Part shown: in pieces, positions 12,961 through 26,459 of the stretch | Numbering within the stretch: position 1 is the first letter of the stretch | Layout: the number at the start of each line of letters is the position of its first letter | Source: Lama glama | Taxonomy: Eukaryota | DNA: 64,000 nt | Assembly (NCBI GenBank): GCA_028534125.1 | Contig: CM052818.1 | Span: forward strand, 10,294,001 to 10,358,000 | Direction: 5' to 3' | The notes under the pieces: generated by a model | Told to the model about the DNA's origin: nothing | Database searches by the model: none | The model's input: only the letters and a program-made list of their open reading frames with translations | Position numbers and translations under genes: made by a program

Positions 12961-13519
12961 CCTGAGCACTTGGCTTTTCAGGTACACACCAGATAAAGTA
13001 TATATTTAGGGGGGCCCTTAACTTGGCAGGATTTGGAGACATAGTGGACCAAGGGATTCCACCATACGTGTTAAGTACTTCAAAGGGTCTAATGGGGTGC
13101 CTCATTTTTCTCTCCTTTGAAGGTTTCTCCCAGGGCATGTGAGCCTTTTAAAGAGCTCTTAACACTCCCCTTTTATTTTTTATTTTGTTGTGTCTTTTGG
13201 ACCAATTCCATTTTCTTTTCAGCCACTCCTCTTCCAATCCTCAGTCCCAGTCTTTTCATCTGACTTGAGCTTTCTGCTTTTCTTCCACCCTAGGGAGCCC
13301 TGGGGTATCAGAAGACCAGGGCAGCATTTCCTATTGGATGTGCCCCAACCCTGCAAGTTGTGTCCCATTAAGCCAGAGTTATGGTAAGAAGTGAGTGTTT
13401 AGATATTCAAATAAGATTTCCAACCCAAAGGCTGACCCATTTGATTAGAGCACCTATTTCCCTAATTCATGATTCTTTAATTTTAACAGTTTAAGGACAG
13501 GAACAACAAAAACAACAGT

Positions 13520-13665
13520 ATTGACAAGTAACATTTATCAGAATTTTACTATGTACCAGATAATTATACTAAATTCTTTGCCTGGATTATCTCAATTAAC
13601 TCTTTCAACCACTCTATGAAGTAGGCACTCATAATACCTATTTTACAGAATAAGAATCAGGGCCC
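13520..13665 (-). mobile_element. MIR SINE
   Basis: aacatttatcag...ttactatgtaccag...ctctatgaagtagg...cctattttacagaataag. Confidence 0.75.
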
Positions 13666-14739
13666 ACTGTTGGCTGTTAAACTAATTGTAAAAGAAAGCT
13701 TGCATTTCTGAGTAATTTAACACAAATTATCTTTGCTTTCCATTCTCTCAGGTTAAAGTGGTGGGGAGTGTGGGTGGAGGGAGAGTGATTTTCTCAGGAT
13801 GAGTTTGCGTTTGGGACTGAGTGCAGCGTGGCTCCTGTCCTTATCACAGTTTTGCCTGCATTTTGAATATTCACCTCTGAACACATCCTTGACTTTTGCT
13901 CTGACTTTGCTTCCATTCAGATTACAAAATGGTGCTTCGGGGCAGAGGTGTGTGAAGAAACGCTGAATTTGTGCATATTTGAATTCATAGCTCTTTTAAC
14001 AATTACTGGAGTTTGTGTTCTCACAGGAATCTCCACGCTGACTTTTGACAGTGTTGAGAACCGGCATGTTGCTACTTTTCTTCTGTGGTCTGGGTCCCTC
14101 AGTGCCTTCCTGCAAGGCCACATAGCCTTGATTCATGGGGTAGTAGAGAGTTGGTAGCTTCCTAGTTTGGCAAGAGTAGTCCATAAATGTTTGTTGGAAG
14201 TCATTCTGATAGCACACTGTGAAGAAATTCTAATTCCTCTGGATAGATGAGGAAACCAAGAATTAGTTAGAAATGTGACCAAGTTCCCATGGCCAGGTAG
14301 ATCCAAGAAATGAGCTAGAGTGCAAACGCCCTTCCGTGTGCTACCCCGTCTCTGCATGTACATGGGCACCCACACCCACAGTGTCCCTTCTCTGCCCCTG
14401 CAACTCCCTGCAGGGGGTAGGGGACTCCACGTGGCCACCCTTTCCCTCTTGTTTCCAGGGCATCTGCCAAACCCGGGACTGAGGGAAGTGCAGAAACTGA
14501 GGGAGGGATATGCCAACAAAAGTAGCTTTTATACAGAATATCAGGGAGTGAGGACCCCAGCCTGGAGATTCCTAAAGGGTCGTGTAGGGATTCACCAACC
14601 GAGCAGAGGACTTGGCACAGTAGCCCCTCGACAGAAAGTAGACAATACTATTACAGTGGGGAGATGTGGAGATACCTGCTATCATGAAGATGTGTACTAG
14701 CTGGCCAAAAGCTGTGCTATACATGCGTTCAGAAAAATA

Positions 14740-14980
14740 AATAATAATCCTTAACATTCATGAGGTACTTACTATGTACCGAGGCCATTGTATACATGTC
14801 ATTTGATTCTCACAACTCAGTGAAGTTGATACAATTACTGTCCCCAATATAAGGCTGAGGAAATTGGGCCTTCGATTAATTCAGTGACTGACTGTTCCAA
14901 GATCTCACAGCTAGTAAAGGGCGGAACTGGGATTCTCACCCAGGCAGGCAGACCCAGGAGCCCAGCTCCTAAGCAGCTAA
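14740..14980 (-). mobile_element. MIR SINE
   Basis: acttactatgtacc...tctcacaac...tgaggaaattggg...ccaagatctcacagctagtaa. Confidence 0.8.
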
Positions 14981-15874
14981 CTATGCCCATCACAAACCTG
15001 TAGTGCAGGCAGGTAGTCCCAAAGGTGGAGTGTGGAGAGCTCGGTGGGGAAGGGCTGTGGACCTGGGGTGAGGGTGGTTAGGAAGAGGGTCTTTTCAGCT
15101 AGACTCTCACAGGTAAGTAGGGGTTGGGAAGGCAGTGAATGATGCAGAGGAGGGAGATGCGTAGGCCTCACAAAAGGTGTGAGCAGAGGGGAGCCCCAGC
15201 CAGGGGACTTGGGACAGAAGGACTCACAGGGAGAGAGCCATTGGTGTCCTTTCACCTCCCTTCCCTTTTGGGGTTCTGCCTGGGTGCCGTTTGCACACAG
15301 CCTCAGGTTTAGGCAGTCTGCCCTTATCCCTAAAGTGACCTTGGCCCTATGGCACTCTCCTGAGCTTTGCCGCTCTTGTCGGGGCTGCCGGCACCCTTGG
15401 GATCCCCGGGGGAAGTTTTGGCTGTGGGCTTAATGGGGTGTAATCTGTGCTTTCTGTGCTTGGAGAAACATGCACTAAGGCCTGCAGTGGCCTGTTGGGC
15501 TGACAAGCTCTGCTTGGCCATCTGGCCTCCTGGAGTTTTCCCAGCCTCCCCTCTGCCCTCTGTTGTCCTGTCCTCCCAGTGAGAAGCTTCTGGAGTTGGG
15601 GAGGCTGTGGCATTCCTTCTGCTTGTACACTCTGCTTCTGGCTTTTGCAATCCTCTCCAGTTTTTAAGTAATAGGCATCCCCTCGTGCCTTTGGGTTGAG
15701 GCTAATTTTGACCTCCTGCAGTGAGGCTTGCTTTTAAACTGGCCTAGAGGGTGACCCAAGGGCAGCACCAGGGATGTGGCTGGAGCCCTGGATGGGCAAA
15801 CCAGTGTGACAGCCACCAGGTGACCTGTGTCCTGCTTGCTCTGCCAGGTTGTACTAGGAATCCTATCTGGGACC

Positions 15875-16085
15875 AGAGCATGGTGGTGATGAGCTCCAGC
15901 TCAGGGACCTGATCGTCTGGATTTAAATCCCAGGTCTCTCACATCAACAGTGTGGGCCTGGGGAAGTCACTTAACACTTCACTCTTCAGTGTCATTGTAC
16001 CTCTCTCAGAGCAATGGAAAAATACATGGAAAATACTTAGGTGAGCATCTGACATATAATACCTGTTCTATGAAAGTTAGCTACT
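15875..16085 (+). mobile_element. MIR SINE
   Basis: ctggatttaaatcccag...gggaagtcacttaac...ctgacatataa...gttagctact. Confidence 0.65.
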
Positions 16086-16289
16086 GTTTTGTACTATTAG
16101 AGTTCCAGGAATCTCATCCTACCTGCCCATTTCACTGATGAGAAGGTTGATGCCCAGGCAGTTTGTTTACCTGTGTAAGATCACCTACCTGATATCAGAG
16201 CCAAGGTGGGGCTCTAGCAGCACTGGACTCCTAGGCAAGGGCTTTTCCTACTTAGCCCAGGTCCTGGGGTTGGGTCTGTTTCTTGAAGG

Positions 16290-16465
16290 AGGACACAAGA
16301 TCCCATGCATCTTGTTAAAACTTGATTCCTGAGCCCTACCCTGGACCCATTAAAACAGAATTTCTGGAGTGTACATGGAAATCTATATTTTAGCCTAGAG
16401 CATGCCCCTCCCATCCCGACTTCCCACCTCCCACTTATGTGCTCTAAAGCTTGAGAGCTGTCGAC
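16290..16465. mobile_element. MER5-like hAT-Charlie MITE
   Basis: cttgttaaaa...gattcctgagccctaccc...aatctatatttt...taaagcttgagagc. Confidence 0.6.
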
Positions 16466-17559
16466 TTAGCTTTGGGTGATTTGGTAAAAATACAGAAGCA
16501 TCAAGCACAGAAAAGTCTCCCCATCTTTCAGTCAGCCCGAGTTTGTGTCCTGCCTCCTGTGAGCCCTTCATGCAGCACCATCGGGAGCTTACAGATCTGT
16601 TGATCAGCATCTTGGGGGGATGAAGTGATGGTGAGAGATGGAGAAGGTTAGTAGGGGTTCATGTGCTCAAGGGGAGGCAGCGATGACTGGTGACACTGGT
16701 ATTCAGAGAGGGCAAAGGCCAGCGAGTGGACGGTCAGGAGTTGCTTCAAGTCGGGAGCTTTGAGTAGGCAGAGGAGAGAAGCAAGGGCAGCTCTGTCAGA
16801 GCCACCCCTGGGAAGTGGGCTCCCGGGAGCAGGTGTCACTGGGGGAGGCTGCAGGGTATGGGGTGGGGGATGGCCTGACTTACCAGCTATCAAGTCACCC
16901 ACCTCCTTTTGATACTAGCAGGCTGCTCTTTTATGATTAACAAATATGCTTTCTCCAAAGCTACTGTTTATTTGATTTCATCTGCATACTTGATTTTTGT
17001 TTTTGGGATAGCTGTGGGAGGGCAGTTTGCCCCTGACGGCCTTTATTCCTACAACCCCTCAGGGACAATAGTGTGGCCACAGGAGATTGGGAGCAGCAGA
17101 CAGGCAAGGACTGAGGGAAATGGTCTGTTGTGGGCAGGGGGTGCTATCTCAGTGGTGCTGGGCAGAGCTCAGCAGCTCCCTATCACCCCCACCCCCTGTT
17201 TGCTCCCTGGTTATCCTCTGCCTGCTTGGAAAGGGTAGGGTGGGCTGGCCTTTGTGGCAGATATGAAAGAACAGAGTGCCCTGGTTCCTGTCACTGGAGG
17301 TTATGTAGATTTATCTGTGCTGCTTTACATCCTTTCTGAAAGCTGGCAGGATATAAATTGGAAATAAATAAAAGTAGATTTATCAGCACTTTCCAAGTTT
17401 ATACTAAATTTGGGGGGTGGCAGTGGAAGTGTCTCCCTGAGCCCTTTAAGTCAGAGGTCAAGGTGTGTGTGAGGATAAGGGCCAAATAGTGGTGCCATCC
17501 TCAGTCTCTCCTGCTGAGCAGTGGCTCCCAGCCAGACATCTTGATGAGACAGGGCATGT

Positions 17560-17790
17560 ATGATAACTGCTCATACTCCCAAGTGCTGACCATCGACCAT
17601 TCTCTGTGGTAAGTCCTTTATGTGGGTTGATCCTTCAAGGTGGGTACCAATATCATGATTTTCCAGACGAGAAAACGGAGGCCTGGAGAGGATAAGTTAC
17701 TCACTCAAGGGTGCACTGGTGAGTTGTAAATTGGAATTGGAACCCAAACAGCCTGACTTTTGCAGTCACAGTCAAACCCAGGCCACAGAA
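17560..17790 (-). mobile_element. MIR SINE
   Basis: attttccagacgagaaaacggaggc...agaggataagttact...gaacccaaacagcctgact. Confidence 0.7.
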
Positions 17791-18104
17791 CACCTGCCCT
17801 GTTTGTTCGAGGGAGAGGGGACTCTGCAAGTTTATTACTAGTTGGTTAGAGAGACAGCTGATGTGCTTGGCTCTGTTGTGTTTGAAGGCTGGCCGGAGTC
17901 AGCATTGTTTGTGTTGGGCAGACTGGCAGCTCCTGGAAGGCAGGGCTGGGGCTGGTTGAGTTGCTCTGCCAAGGCCCCAGCACCTCTGGCTTATGTATGT
18001 GATGCCATTGACTGCATCTGATGGTCAAGTTCAGCCGTTGTTGCACTGCCCAGCATTGATGGAGAACCGTCTTTTCATTACTAGCAAGCTCTCCCCTTCC
18101 CATC

Positions 18105-18310
18105 ATACTTTAGGTTTAGCATCCGTCAGTGGTTCTTGTCAGCTATAGCTTCTACAATGTATTTGCTTAATGGTGATTTTCTATTTTTTAAAAAATTTCT
18201 TCCACATTTACTAATTGGAATTCTGCTGTAAGAAATAGATGCCCCTTCTCTCCCATCTATTTTTACTTACTTATTTATATCAGCGTGGATCCATGGCTAT
18301 TTATTGTATT
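18105..18310 (-). mobile_element. L1MC4/5-like 3' UTR fragment
   Basis: tttagcatcc...aatggtgattttcta...ttggaattctgctgtaag...tttatatcagcgtggatccatgg. Confidence 0.65.
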
Positions 18311-18339
18311 AACCCATAGGTCATCTGTAAATTCCATTG

Positions 18340-18530
18340 CCCCATTGTGAGTGTAGCCTTGCCCCATTACTTGCCTGGATCACAGCAATAGCCTCCTAAC
18401 AGATTTCTCTTGCCTCCAGCCTCCTCCCTTTCAAGCCAGACTTTACATGTCCACCTGAGGCCGTGTAATGCCAGTCTGACCATGTCACAACCCTTCAGCT
18501 GCTCTCTCTTGCCTGTAAGCTCCTTCGGAT
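18340..18530 (+). mobile_element. L2 LINE fragment
   Basis: cctggatcacagcaatagcctcctaac...tctgaccatgtcac. Confidence 0.7.
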
Positions 18531-18534
18531 GGTA

Positions 18535-18770
18535 ATACAATCACAGTGAACATTTGATGACTATTTACTAAATGCTTTACATGCATATTCTATTAAATCC
18601 TCATGGTAGTTGGATGGATTGGGTAATATGAGCCTTGTCAGCAGCAGCATCCCCCTAGAGCAGATGAAGAAACCGAGGCACAGAAGGATTAAGAAACCTC
18701 CTCAGGTCTGCGGAGCTGTTAAATATTGAACTCATACTCTCAGGCACTAGAGACTTACCACCTACTAAAT
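18535..18770 (-). mobile_element. MIR SINE
   Basis: aaatgctttacatgcat...aatcctca...cagatgaagaaaccgaggcacagaaggattaag. Confidence 0.75.
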
Positions 18771-19413
18771 AGGCCCTTAATCATCTGACCTTGGCTACTT
18801 CTACAGCCACAGTTTCACCAGTGCTGGCATTCATTGCACTACTGCACTTTCCATAAATAGCATTTGTAATGGAAGAAGGCTTTCTCACCCAATGTTGCTC
18901 AGAGTCCAGGTGACATTTTGGCTGCAGTGCTGGTAGGGACATTGGTAGCAGCAGAAGGAAAAGTTTTCTAAGAAGTATAATTGTGTAAACAGTGGCCAAC
19001 TATCCTAGGACCTAGTAGTTCAGTATAATCAACTAGATTGCAAACCCTTGTGAATTTCTCATCTACTGCCCGTACCTGGACTGCCCTCCTAGGCCTTTAT
19101 TGGTTTTTCTGTTCCTTCTCTACCATGCAGGGTAAGGTAGACCTCCTCTGCAACATTCTTCCTGAGCATCCCGTCTGCCATGGTGCCTTTCTCATCACAT
19201 TCCTTCATTGGATTCCTAGTATGCTGATTCTACTTTAGGTCTTTAGGACATAGGGCTATAAGAACTATGGTCAAGAATCATGCATTTCAACTTGTTACAT
19301 GCCTCTGCTGCCTGGAATGTTGATTTCTGTATAATACTTGTTCAACTTGGGGATTCCCTGATCGATACCTAGATATAAGACACAAAGAGTCATGACTCTA
19401 ATGCAAGTTAATA

Positions 19414-19722
19414 CAGGTCCCATATCAATTATCTAAAACCTTTTGGACCATATGTGTTTTGGAATACAGAATTTTTCATATTTTAGCCAGAAATTATAGT
19501 GCATATCCAGTATAATTTATAATAACCCTTGTAGGGTCTGGGAAATTGTTCCACAGTCAAAGATATTAATATTTTTAAATGAAATATATGAACATTCTAG
19601 ATGAAGTAAATAAAATTTTGAATACCTTATAACAAATCTTACCATCAAATAGGTTCCAAAATTCTTTTTCATTTTTAGAGCTTTTTCTATTTTGGAATTG
19701 CAGATAAAGGATTGTGCACTTG
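19414..19722. mobile_element. MER46C-like TcMar-Tigger MITE, full length
   Basis: Degenerate terminal inverted repeats caggtcccatatcaattatct / agataaaggattgtgcacttg, preceded by TA; internal gtgttttggaatacagaattttt. Confidence 0.7.
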
Positions 19723-19879
19723 CATTAAGGTGTTAATAGGTGGTATCAAGAGGCACTGACATTCTGTCCTGGGAGTCGAGATGAAAGAGACTTCCAGGGA
19801 TGAGAACCCAAGGTCGTTGGCAGTTGTGGGCAGGTGAGTCCTGTGGCCCCTCAACTAGTTGAGAATTGAAACCCAATGA

Positions 19880-20160
19880 CAGGATGAAGAGACAGTGAGG
19901 AGCAGTTACAGCTATCCAGGAGAGAGGTCCCTGACTTGGGTTGCTTGTTTCGGGATGGGGAAACAGAATGGTGTGAAATGTTACAAAGAAATGAGCCACA
20001 GAACTTGAGGGGAGTTAAATCAGGTGTTCCCAGACTTTGTGTGCCATGGTTTGGGAGACTGTTGATGCCTTAACAGCATAAGAGGAGAAGGGAAGTGGGC
20101 TGAGGAGAAGATGGATGCATTTGAGAATTTGGAGTGTACTTGTAACCCATCAGGTGGAAA
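19880..20160 (-). mobile_element. L2 LINE fragment
   Basis: gagacagtgaggagcagttacagctatccaggagagag...gatgccttaac...catcaggtggaaat. Confidence 0.55.
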
Positions 20161-22109
20161 TAACTTTTAAGAATAAAAGAGAAAATGGTATGACACTACT
20201 TCTATAGTGATGCGTGTGTCACTGCAAATATTTAATTATTGTCATCAGTCTTTCTATTGTTATTATGACTCTATTATTTTGCAAGTATCCTCATCACTAG
20301 CCTGCTGTCCTCTGCTGTCCAAGGCCAGGCACATTCTCAGATCAGGGTCTGCCCAGTCCAGTCTGATCGGTTCTCCCAGGAAACCATCACATGTGTGCTC
20401 TGTTGGTTTGCATTGTCAACCTATAAATGGTCACTTATTTACTGAAAAACAACAGGCTTTGTCTCCGAGTGGATGTTTAGAGTCCAAGCTTCATCTGGCG
20501 GGTGCAGGTTTCCCGGCTGGCTTATGAACTCTGGGAAATAGAGGACTGAAGAGGTATAGTGTCAGGCTTGGGCTTGGGTAGGTCATAAAGTTCATGGTTA
20601 GGCTTTTATAAGTAGACTTATAGAGCTGGAAACAGTCACAAAAGATAAGCCAGCTCTCTTCTCGTCCTGCCAAGATTAAAACAGCCCTTGACCAGCAACC
20701 TCTGGTCAAAATGATGGTCCTTAGAGCTAACTGGAGCCTTCTGTTGTCAGGCTAGTTCACCCTTCTCCTTTTCCCGCCTTAGGTAGAGGTGAAGGAGATG
20801 AGAGATTCTGGTTAGACCTCACCTGCAGGGCTGCCTTGTGCTGAGTGGGAGTATGGGTCAAACAGGCAGGGTGGTGGTTGTGTGTTTCTGGAGGAGTGGG
20901 CAGGGACGCTCTGTCTCCTTGCTTTGTGCCTCTCTCGCTGTTTCGTGGTGCTGCTGGGAGCTCCGTAGAGACTCTCAGGACTGGGATGCAAGGAGGAGAG
21001 AAGGGGAGATGGGTTGAGGGATTACATAGAAAGGGAAAATAGAGTTGGCAAATTTGATTGAATTCTAATCTCAGTTCCCAAGAATTGCTTTGGTTAGAGC
21101 CAAGTAGTCTCCTGGAAATGAGAGTTTCACCTCTCAGGAGACGTGCTGAGTCTCACAAATGATTTGCGTGGTTGATGATACTCATCGTCCGTCCCCAGAT
21201 ACAAGAAGTTTCCCACTCTGTCCTCATCCTGAGCCTGTCCTTTGACCGGGGTGGGGAGTAGGGGAAGGAGGACCTGGCCTTTGTCTTTCTCAGTGTTTTC
21301 ATAGCAACTATCTTGAACACACCCTGCCTGACCCAGTGCCATGTCTGCAGTTGAGGGAAGAGTATGTATGGCACCCAAAAAGGCTCTCCTCTTGGAATTT
21401 AAATCCTCCCTTAAATGGCTGTAAACTTACCTTCAAAGATGGTGGAGGCTGGAGCCCTCTTTAACATTCTAGGACTTTAGCATGTGCTGCCTTCCCAAGG
21501 GTTTTCCGTTTTTTAAAGAGGAGATGTCAACCTCAGTGAAGGTCTCTGCCACGAGGTAGATCGGAGCAGCAGCATGCTGGGGAGGGGTTTCAGCAGTGGC
21601 CTTGATGTGAAGGCATTTCCTCCCTGAGGTGGAGAAGTGCTGAGAGCTCTGAGGGTCGCCGTCTGAGCCCAGACGCAGGCTTTTCCTCCGGGGCTTTCAC
21701 CCCCAGCTGGCTCAAGCTGCCACCTGACCTCAGAAACCTGGGCAGTCCTTTTCTGGTGTCTGAGACAACCTTTCTAGGCCCTCTGCTCACCTTGCTTTCA
21801 CTAGGAAGAGGTGGGAACACAGGAATCACAATTCTAAGGTTTGCGTTGGGAACAACTGTGGACAGAATTGGACTTATACTCAGTCTCATTGAATGCAAAC
21901 TCTTGTGTCCGTCCCTCTCATCTCACTTTCCAAGTTCCTGAATTGTTCACTTACCACCCTGTTCCCACCTTCCATCCTTCATCTCATTATCACATGCACC
22001 CATGACTTTCCAGGTTCAAAGGAGTTCTTTGCATTTTTGACTAATTTGGCCGCTCTGTGGTTTTGGACATTCTTGGCCACTTTCTCCCTCTGGAACATCT
22101 CCTCTGTTA

Positions 22110-22555
22110 ACTCCCATGGGCTTTGGACAAGTTATTTAGCCTCTGTGCATGTTGATTTCCCCAGTGTTCAGTGTGGACAGGTGTGATATAGCATGGAGTT
22201 GTCATGAAGTATAAATGTATGTTGTGGTGTTTCCCCAAATGAGGTTATGGGTGCCATGGTAGGTAATGTTTGGTGACTAGTTTATTGACTATTATAGCTT
22301 TATTTAATAGTCTAATGTGTTTTGCCAGAAAATAGCATATCAAACCCATGATTGTATTATGATACTATGAGATTTTTCTTCTAAAATAATAATAAATGAG
22401 TAAATTTATTGAAGGAAACTGAAAGAAAAACATTTAGCAAGGATACTATTAGTGTATGTGGATGTGATCAAAATTGGAAAAAATACTGAGACAATACACA
22501 TAGAGGCACTAGCAAGGTGCCTGGCATATAGTAAATGCTAGTTATTAATTATTAT
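22110..22555 (+). mobile_element. MIR SINE split by a hAT-Charlie MITE (MER113-like, ~22226-22488)
   Basis: MIR 5' part ends gaagtataaatg and resumes agacaatac...gtgcctggcatatagtaaatgct; insert has TIR-like ends gtgtttccccaaat / attggaaaaaatactg. Confidence 0.65.
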
Positions 22556-22664
22556 GATTGTCTAACCCTCTAACCATGTTTTTTTTCCTGTCTTTGCTGG
22601 GTTCTGTTGCTTATTCTGCCTTTTAAACAAAACATACACCCACGCACACATAGTATATGTGGGA

Positions 22665-22687
22665 TGTGAGTGTATATGTGTGTGTGA

Positions 22688-22718
<31 letters not shown>

Positions 22719-22729
22719 GGTGTGTGTGT
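22665..22729. repeat. Interrupted (TG)n microsatellite
   Basis: Direct reading. Confidence 0.95.
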
Positions 22730-24341
22730 TAAAAGAGAGACATTATATATAGGGGGAAGAGAGAGAGAAACTTAGTGAGTGTTCTGGTTACAACCGAGGA
22801 ATTCTACAGATAATTGTGTCTAATGTGTGAACCTGCTCCAATTGACATAGACTTCCAGGAGAGGGGAGATGAGCATAAACTGAAATAAAGGAAGGCATTC
22901 TCTGTAGGGAGAAACATGAAGACTTTCAGTGTTGTTCACCAGTGTGACCCATTGGAAACTGTCCAACTATGGCTGTCTCTATTCCCCAGCAGCCCCTGGT
23001 ACCCCCAGAGGCCTGGTGGTCAGCCCTTCACGAGTTAAGAGAGCTGCATGGAAATGAAATAGTGGCAGCCAGGGGTGGGTCAGGTCTCCCCAGGGGACTC
23101 CAGAGTTCCTGGTTCTCACCGAGGTCCCACTTTGTCCTCACCTGACAATAGCTGGGTGTTCTGGAGACCTGGGTGTGGACAGTTACCTGCTTACCCAGTG
23201 GGCTGAGCCAGCACCCACATCCCTCTGAGACTGGCCCTGGTACCAAGAGGGACTTGTGCAAATAAACACTGATCCTCCACCAGAACTGTTGAGATGTATT
23301 CTAAGCTGCATCTACAAATGATACGTGTATTTTAAATATTTATGACCATGTCCCATTGCAGACCGCATTGCCACTGAATGTCCCCTAAACTTCTTTGGAG
23401 CACATCAAGTGGTCTCAGAAGGGCCATCTCTCCTCTGTAGAGGATCCTGGAGTTGCATTAGGATTTAACTCTGGACACTGTGCTGGCTCCCATAGGTTTA
23501 TATTAGTGTTTTTATGCATGTAGGACAACAAGAGAAGTGTACCAAAATGCATTATCCTGTTGGGGGTATAAATCTACCTAATTCAGTGCACTGATTTAAG
23601 GGTGTAGTGGTTGCAGTTCTGTTGATAGTGTATTTTCTGGAATGAGAGATGGAGTGAGTTGAGTAGAAAATCCACAAGCTTCCTCATCTTGGCTCTCTGA
23701 TCCCAGTCCTCCCCTCAACCAACCAACTGGCTCAGAACCTATTCTGGAACCCGAGCTGGAAGGAGTGGGTAGGATTGGCAGAGATATCCTCCTAGAATTC
23801 TGTCCCTTTCCCAGGGGAGCGCTTGAAGAAACCTTGTAGCAGAGAATTTTCCTGCTCTCCTTATCAGAGAGAAGGATTTCATTTGCTCATTTATAAATGG
23901 GTGCTGTCTAGTAGTTAAATCTGCTAGGGGACTGGGGTGTGGGAGCTTGTTTGAGAGTTTCTTGTTGATAAATATCACGTGGAAATAGAGTCCTGCTAGC
24001 ATAAGCCAACTCCTGAAAAATGGGTTCCTTAACGTCCTCTCAATGAGACCAGCTACATGACAACTAGCCTGGGGAGCTAAAATACTGGTAAGAAATTGAA
24101 GCCATAGATCTGTCTCAGAGTGCAGCCTCATCAGCAGTGATTGTTACGTGTTCAGATGAAGACTCCACAGGCCTCTGGTCTAGCTTGCTTCTGATGGATG
24201 GTGGCTTGGGGGTCAGCCAGGGCTAAAAAGGCTGGTGGTGGGTGTTGCTGCTACTGGGTGCTAATTTTATATATGTCCTTCCCTGGGTCCTGCTCTGGGC
24301 ATGCCTCAGGGGAGAAGAGAGACCTCAGGGAGGCTGGTGGT

Positions 24342-24835
24342 TGCATCAGTCAGGGTCCAGCCAGGAAAACAGGAACCATCCGAGAGATATTTCACACAGA
24401 GGAGATTTCATGCAGGGAACTGGTTACAAAGGAGTTGGAAGGAAGGGCTGGGGGACCAAAAGGGAGAAGGTAGGTGGTTGTGGAGGAGCAGAAGGAAAAA
24501 GAGGCAATACCCAGGGATGAGGAAGCTGCTTATCCCCCTGGACTGAGCCCAGGGCTGCGCTGCTGGGGAGGTGCTGCTGCCACCCTGCAACCCATTGCTG
24601 CTATGACGGCTGCCAGCCTGCGCCAGTGCTGCCTCTGAGGTCCAGGAAAACAGCAGGAAGCTTTTCTCTTTCTCCCACTGTCTCATCTCCCACCCGTGTC
24701 TCCCTTTGGCAGGACCTAACCATAGTGGTGGAGAGTACGTGAAGTGTACTTCCAGATTCCCAGCCCCAGCAGTAAAGAGGAGAGGATAGAAGGGGCTGTG
24801 TGGAACTGCGGAGCAGCAGATAGATAAAGGACACA
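24342..24835 (-). mobile_element. LTR33-like ERVL solo LTR
   Basis: TG...CA ends: tgcatcagtcagggtccagccagg...gaacca at the start and gagcagcagatagataaaggacaca at the end. Confidence 0.7.
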
Positions 24836-24969
24836 GAGTTCCTGTGATTAAGGTGTGGAAGTGGAAACTAAAAAATTCCTGACTTGGTTCAATGACTACG
24901 GTGCATTTGTGATTCAAAATCCCTTGTGCCCTGAGTGTGGGCCCCCCCCCCCTTACAATTCTCTGGAGA

Positions 24970-25230
24970 AAAGATGTTAGAGTTGGAAGGTGATCAATAT
25001 TCCACCTGGGGCAGAAATGTCCTCTGAAGCATTGGGAAACGCAGGAAGGTGACGCTGTTGCTGTGGCTCAGACATTTCCAGTGACAAGGAAGCTTGCTAC
25101 TTCAGTGATGTAGCCAGTTCATTTCACACTCAGACAGTTCTCATTACTGGCAAGCATTTTGTTGAGCAGAAGCCTGTCTTCAGGAAACTTCTGGTCCTTG
25201 TTCTGTACACACAGGCAATATCTTCACCCA
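24970..25230 (-). mobile_element. L3/CR1 LINE 3' fragment
   Basis: ttccagtgacaaggaagcttgctact...cagacagttctcatt...ctggtccttgttctg. Confidence 0.6.
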
Positions 25231-25419
25231 CTTCTTTACTTTGGGAGGCACTGTGTATTTTGTAGGCAAGGTGGGCTCTGGATCCTGTATCAGTCAGAGG
25301 TAGATTGGCCCATGAAAAACAGGAGCTCCCCACTCAAAGAAAAATGTTTTAAATAAAGTTTAGAATCTGGGGGAGGCAATGCAGGGTAAGTTGGGGGCAC
25401 TGCCCTGTCAAGTTCCTAG

Positions 25420-25770
25420 CGGCCCACTTTCCTTCCACATTTCTACTCTGCCAGCCCCAAAGTATACCTCCCAACCTCATGGTCTAAGATGGAGCTGTGG
25501 CCATCCATCCAAGTTCCAAGCAATAGGATGGGTGGAGTTGGGGTGGGGTAGGGGTAGGTGGAATGCTGCTTCTCTGTTAAGGAAGTGTCCTGGAAGCTGC
25601 CATTAGAAACTTCCACTTACATTTGATTGGCCAGAACTTGGTTAGATGGTCAAAATCTAGCTGCCACGGAGTCTGGGAAATGTTTTCTTTACCTGGACAG
25701 TTAAGTGCCCAGTCAGAACTCCTATGACTGTGGGAAAGAAGCAGCAGATATCAGGGTACAGCAAACACAG
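25420..25770 (-). mobile_element. MLT1 (ERVL-MaLR) LTR fragment
   Basis: tcatggtctaagatgg...acttccacttacatttgattggccagaact...ctagctgc...ctgggaaatg. Confidence 0.7.
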
Positions 25771-25812
25771 GAGCAACAGAGTCCAGTTTTATAGGCCAGC
25801 AATGTGCCAGGC

Positions 25813-25975
25813 TGGTACTTCTCACATTTAGTGTAATGTGAATCCCCTGGGGAGTCTGTTAAATGCAGACGTGGACTTAGTAGATCTCACTGAGGGTGGG
25901 ATTCTGCATTTCTATCAGGCTCCCGGCTGATACCATTATTGCGGGTCCAGACCACATGGAGCACAAATGGCTGGA
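25813..25975. mobile_element. MER5A-like hAT-Charlie MITE
   Basis: gaatcccctgggg...gttaaatgcaga...ttctgcatttcta...ggtccagaccaca. Confidence 0.7.
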
Positions 25976-26459
25976 CTCTGGAAAGACAGTGTTGAACAAG
26001 ATGGACAGAGGCTCATCTTGCACCCACAAGTGGAGTTGAATCCTTGCCTTTTTACTGTAAACTTATCTTTTGAGGATGCTGTGAGATGAAAAGAGCCTGG
26101 GTCCCAGGAGACCTTTAAATGTAGCCTCCATCTGCCGCTGGAGCATCTCCTCCGGGAGGGTGCTGATTGGACCAGACCAGACGACATGAGTTGTTCAGAT
26201 CCAGTGTTTCAGCTACAGACTCCAGGAAAACAAGCAGTTGAGGGTCTCCTGAGAGCCAGGCGGGATTTTTGGTGATTGTGGACAGAGGGGGACCAGCGGG
26301 CACGGATGACAGCAGAGAGGAAGCTTCAGGCCGAGTGTGGGGCAGTACAGCAGAGAGCGCTTCCTCCTGTGCCAGGGAGGACCAGGGCCTGAAAGAGGCA
26401 AGGCCACCGCCGCGGGCCTGCCCAACTCCCCATCTGCTCGGGGAGAAAAAGGACACGGA

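Noticed and set aside
16571..16591. RE1/REST-like tgcagcaccatcgggagc
   Set aside because: The right half-site GGACAG is not matched.
24408..24917. Longest ORF in the track (169 aa, minus strand)
   Set aside because: It lies mostly inside an LTR33-like solo LTR and has no recognisable domain.
25530..25554. G-quadruplex-forming pattern (also 5116-5138)
   Set aside because: The pattern is real but common; this one lies within an MLT1 LTR, with no evidence of function.
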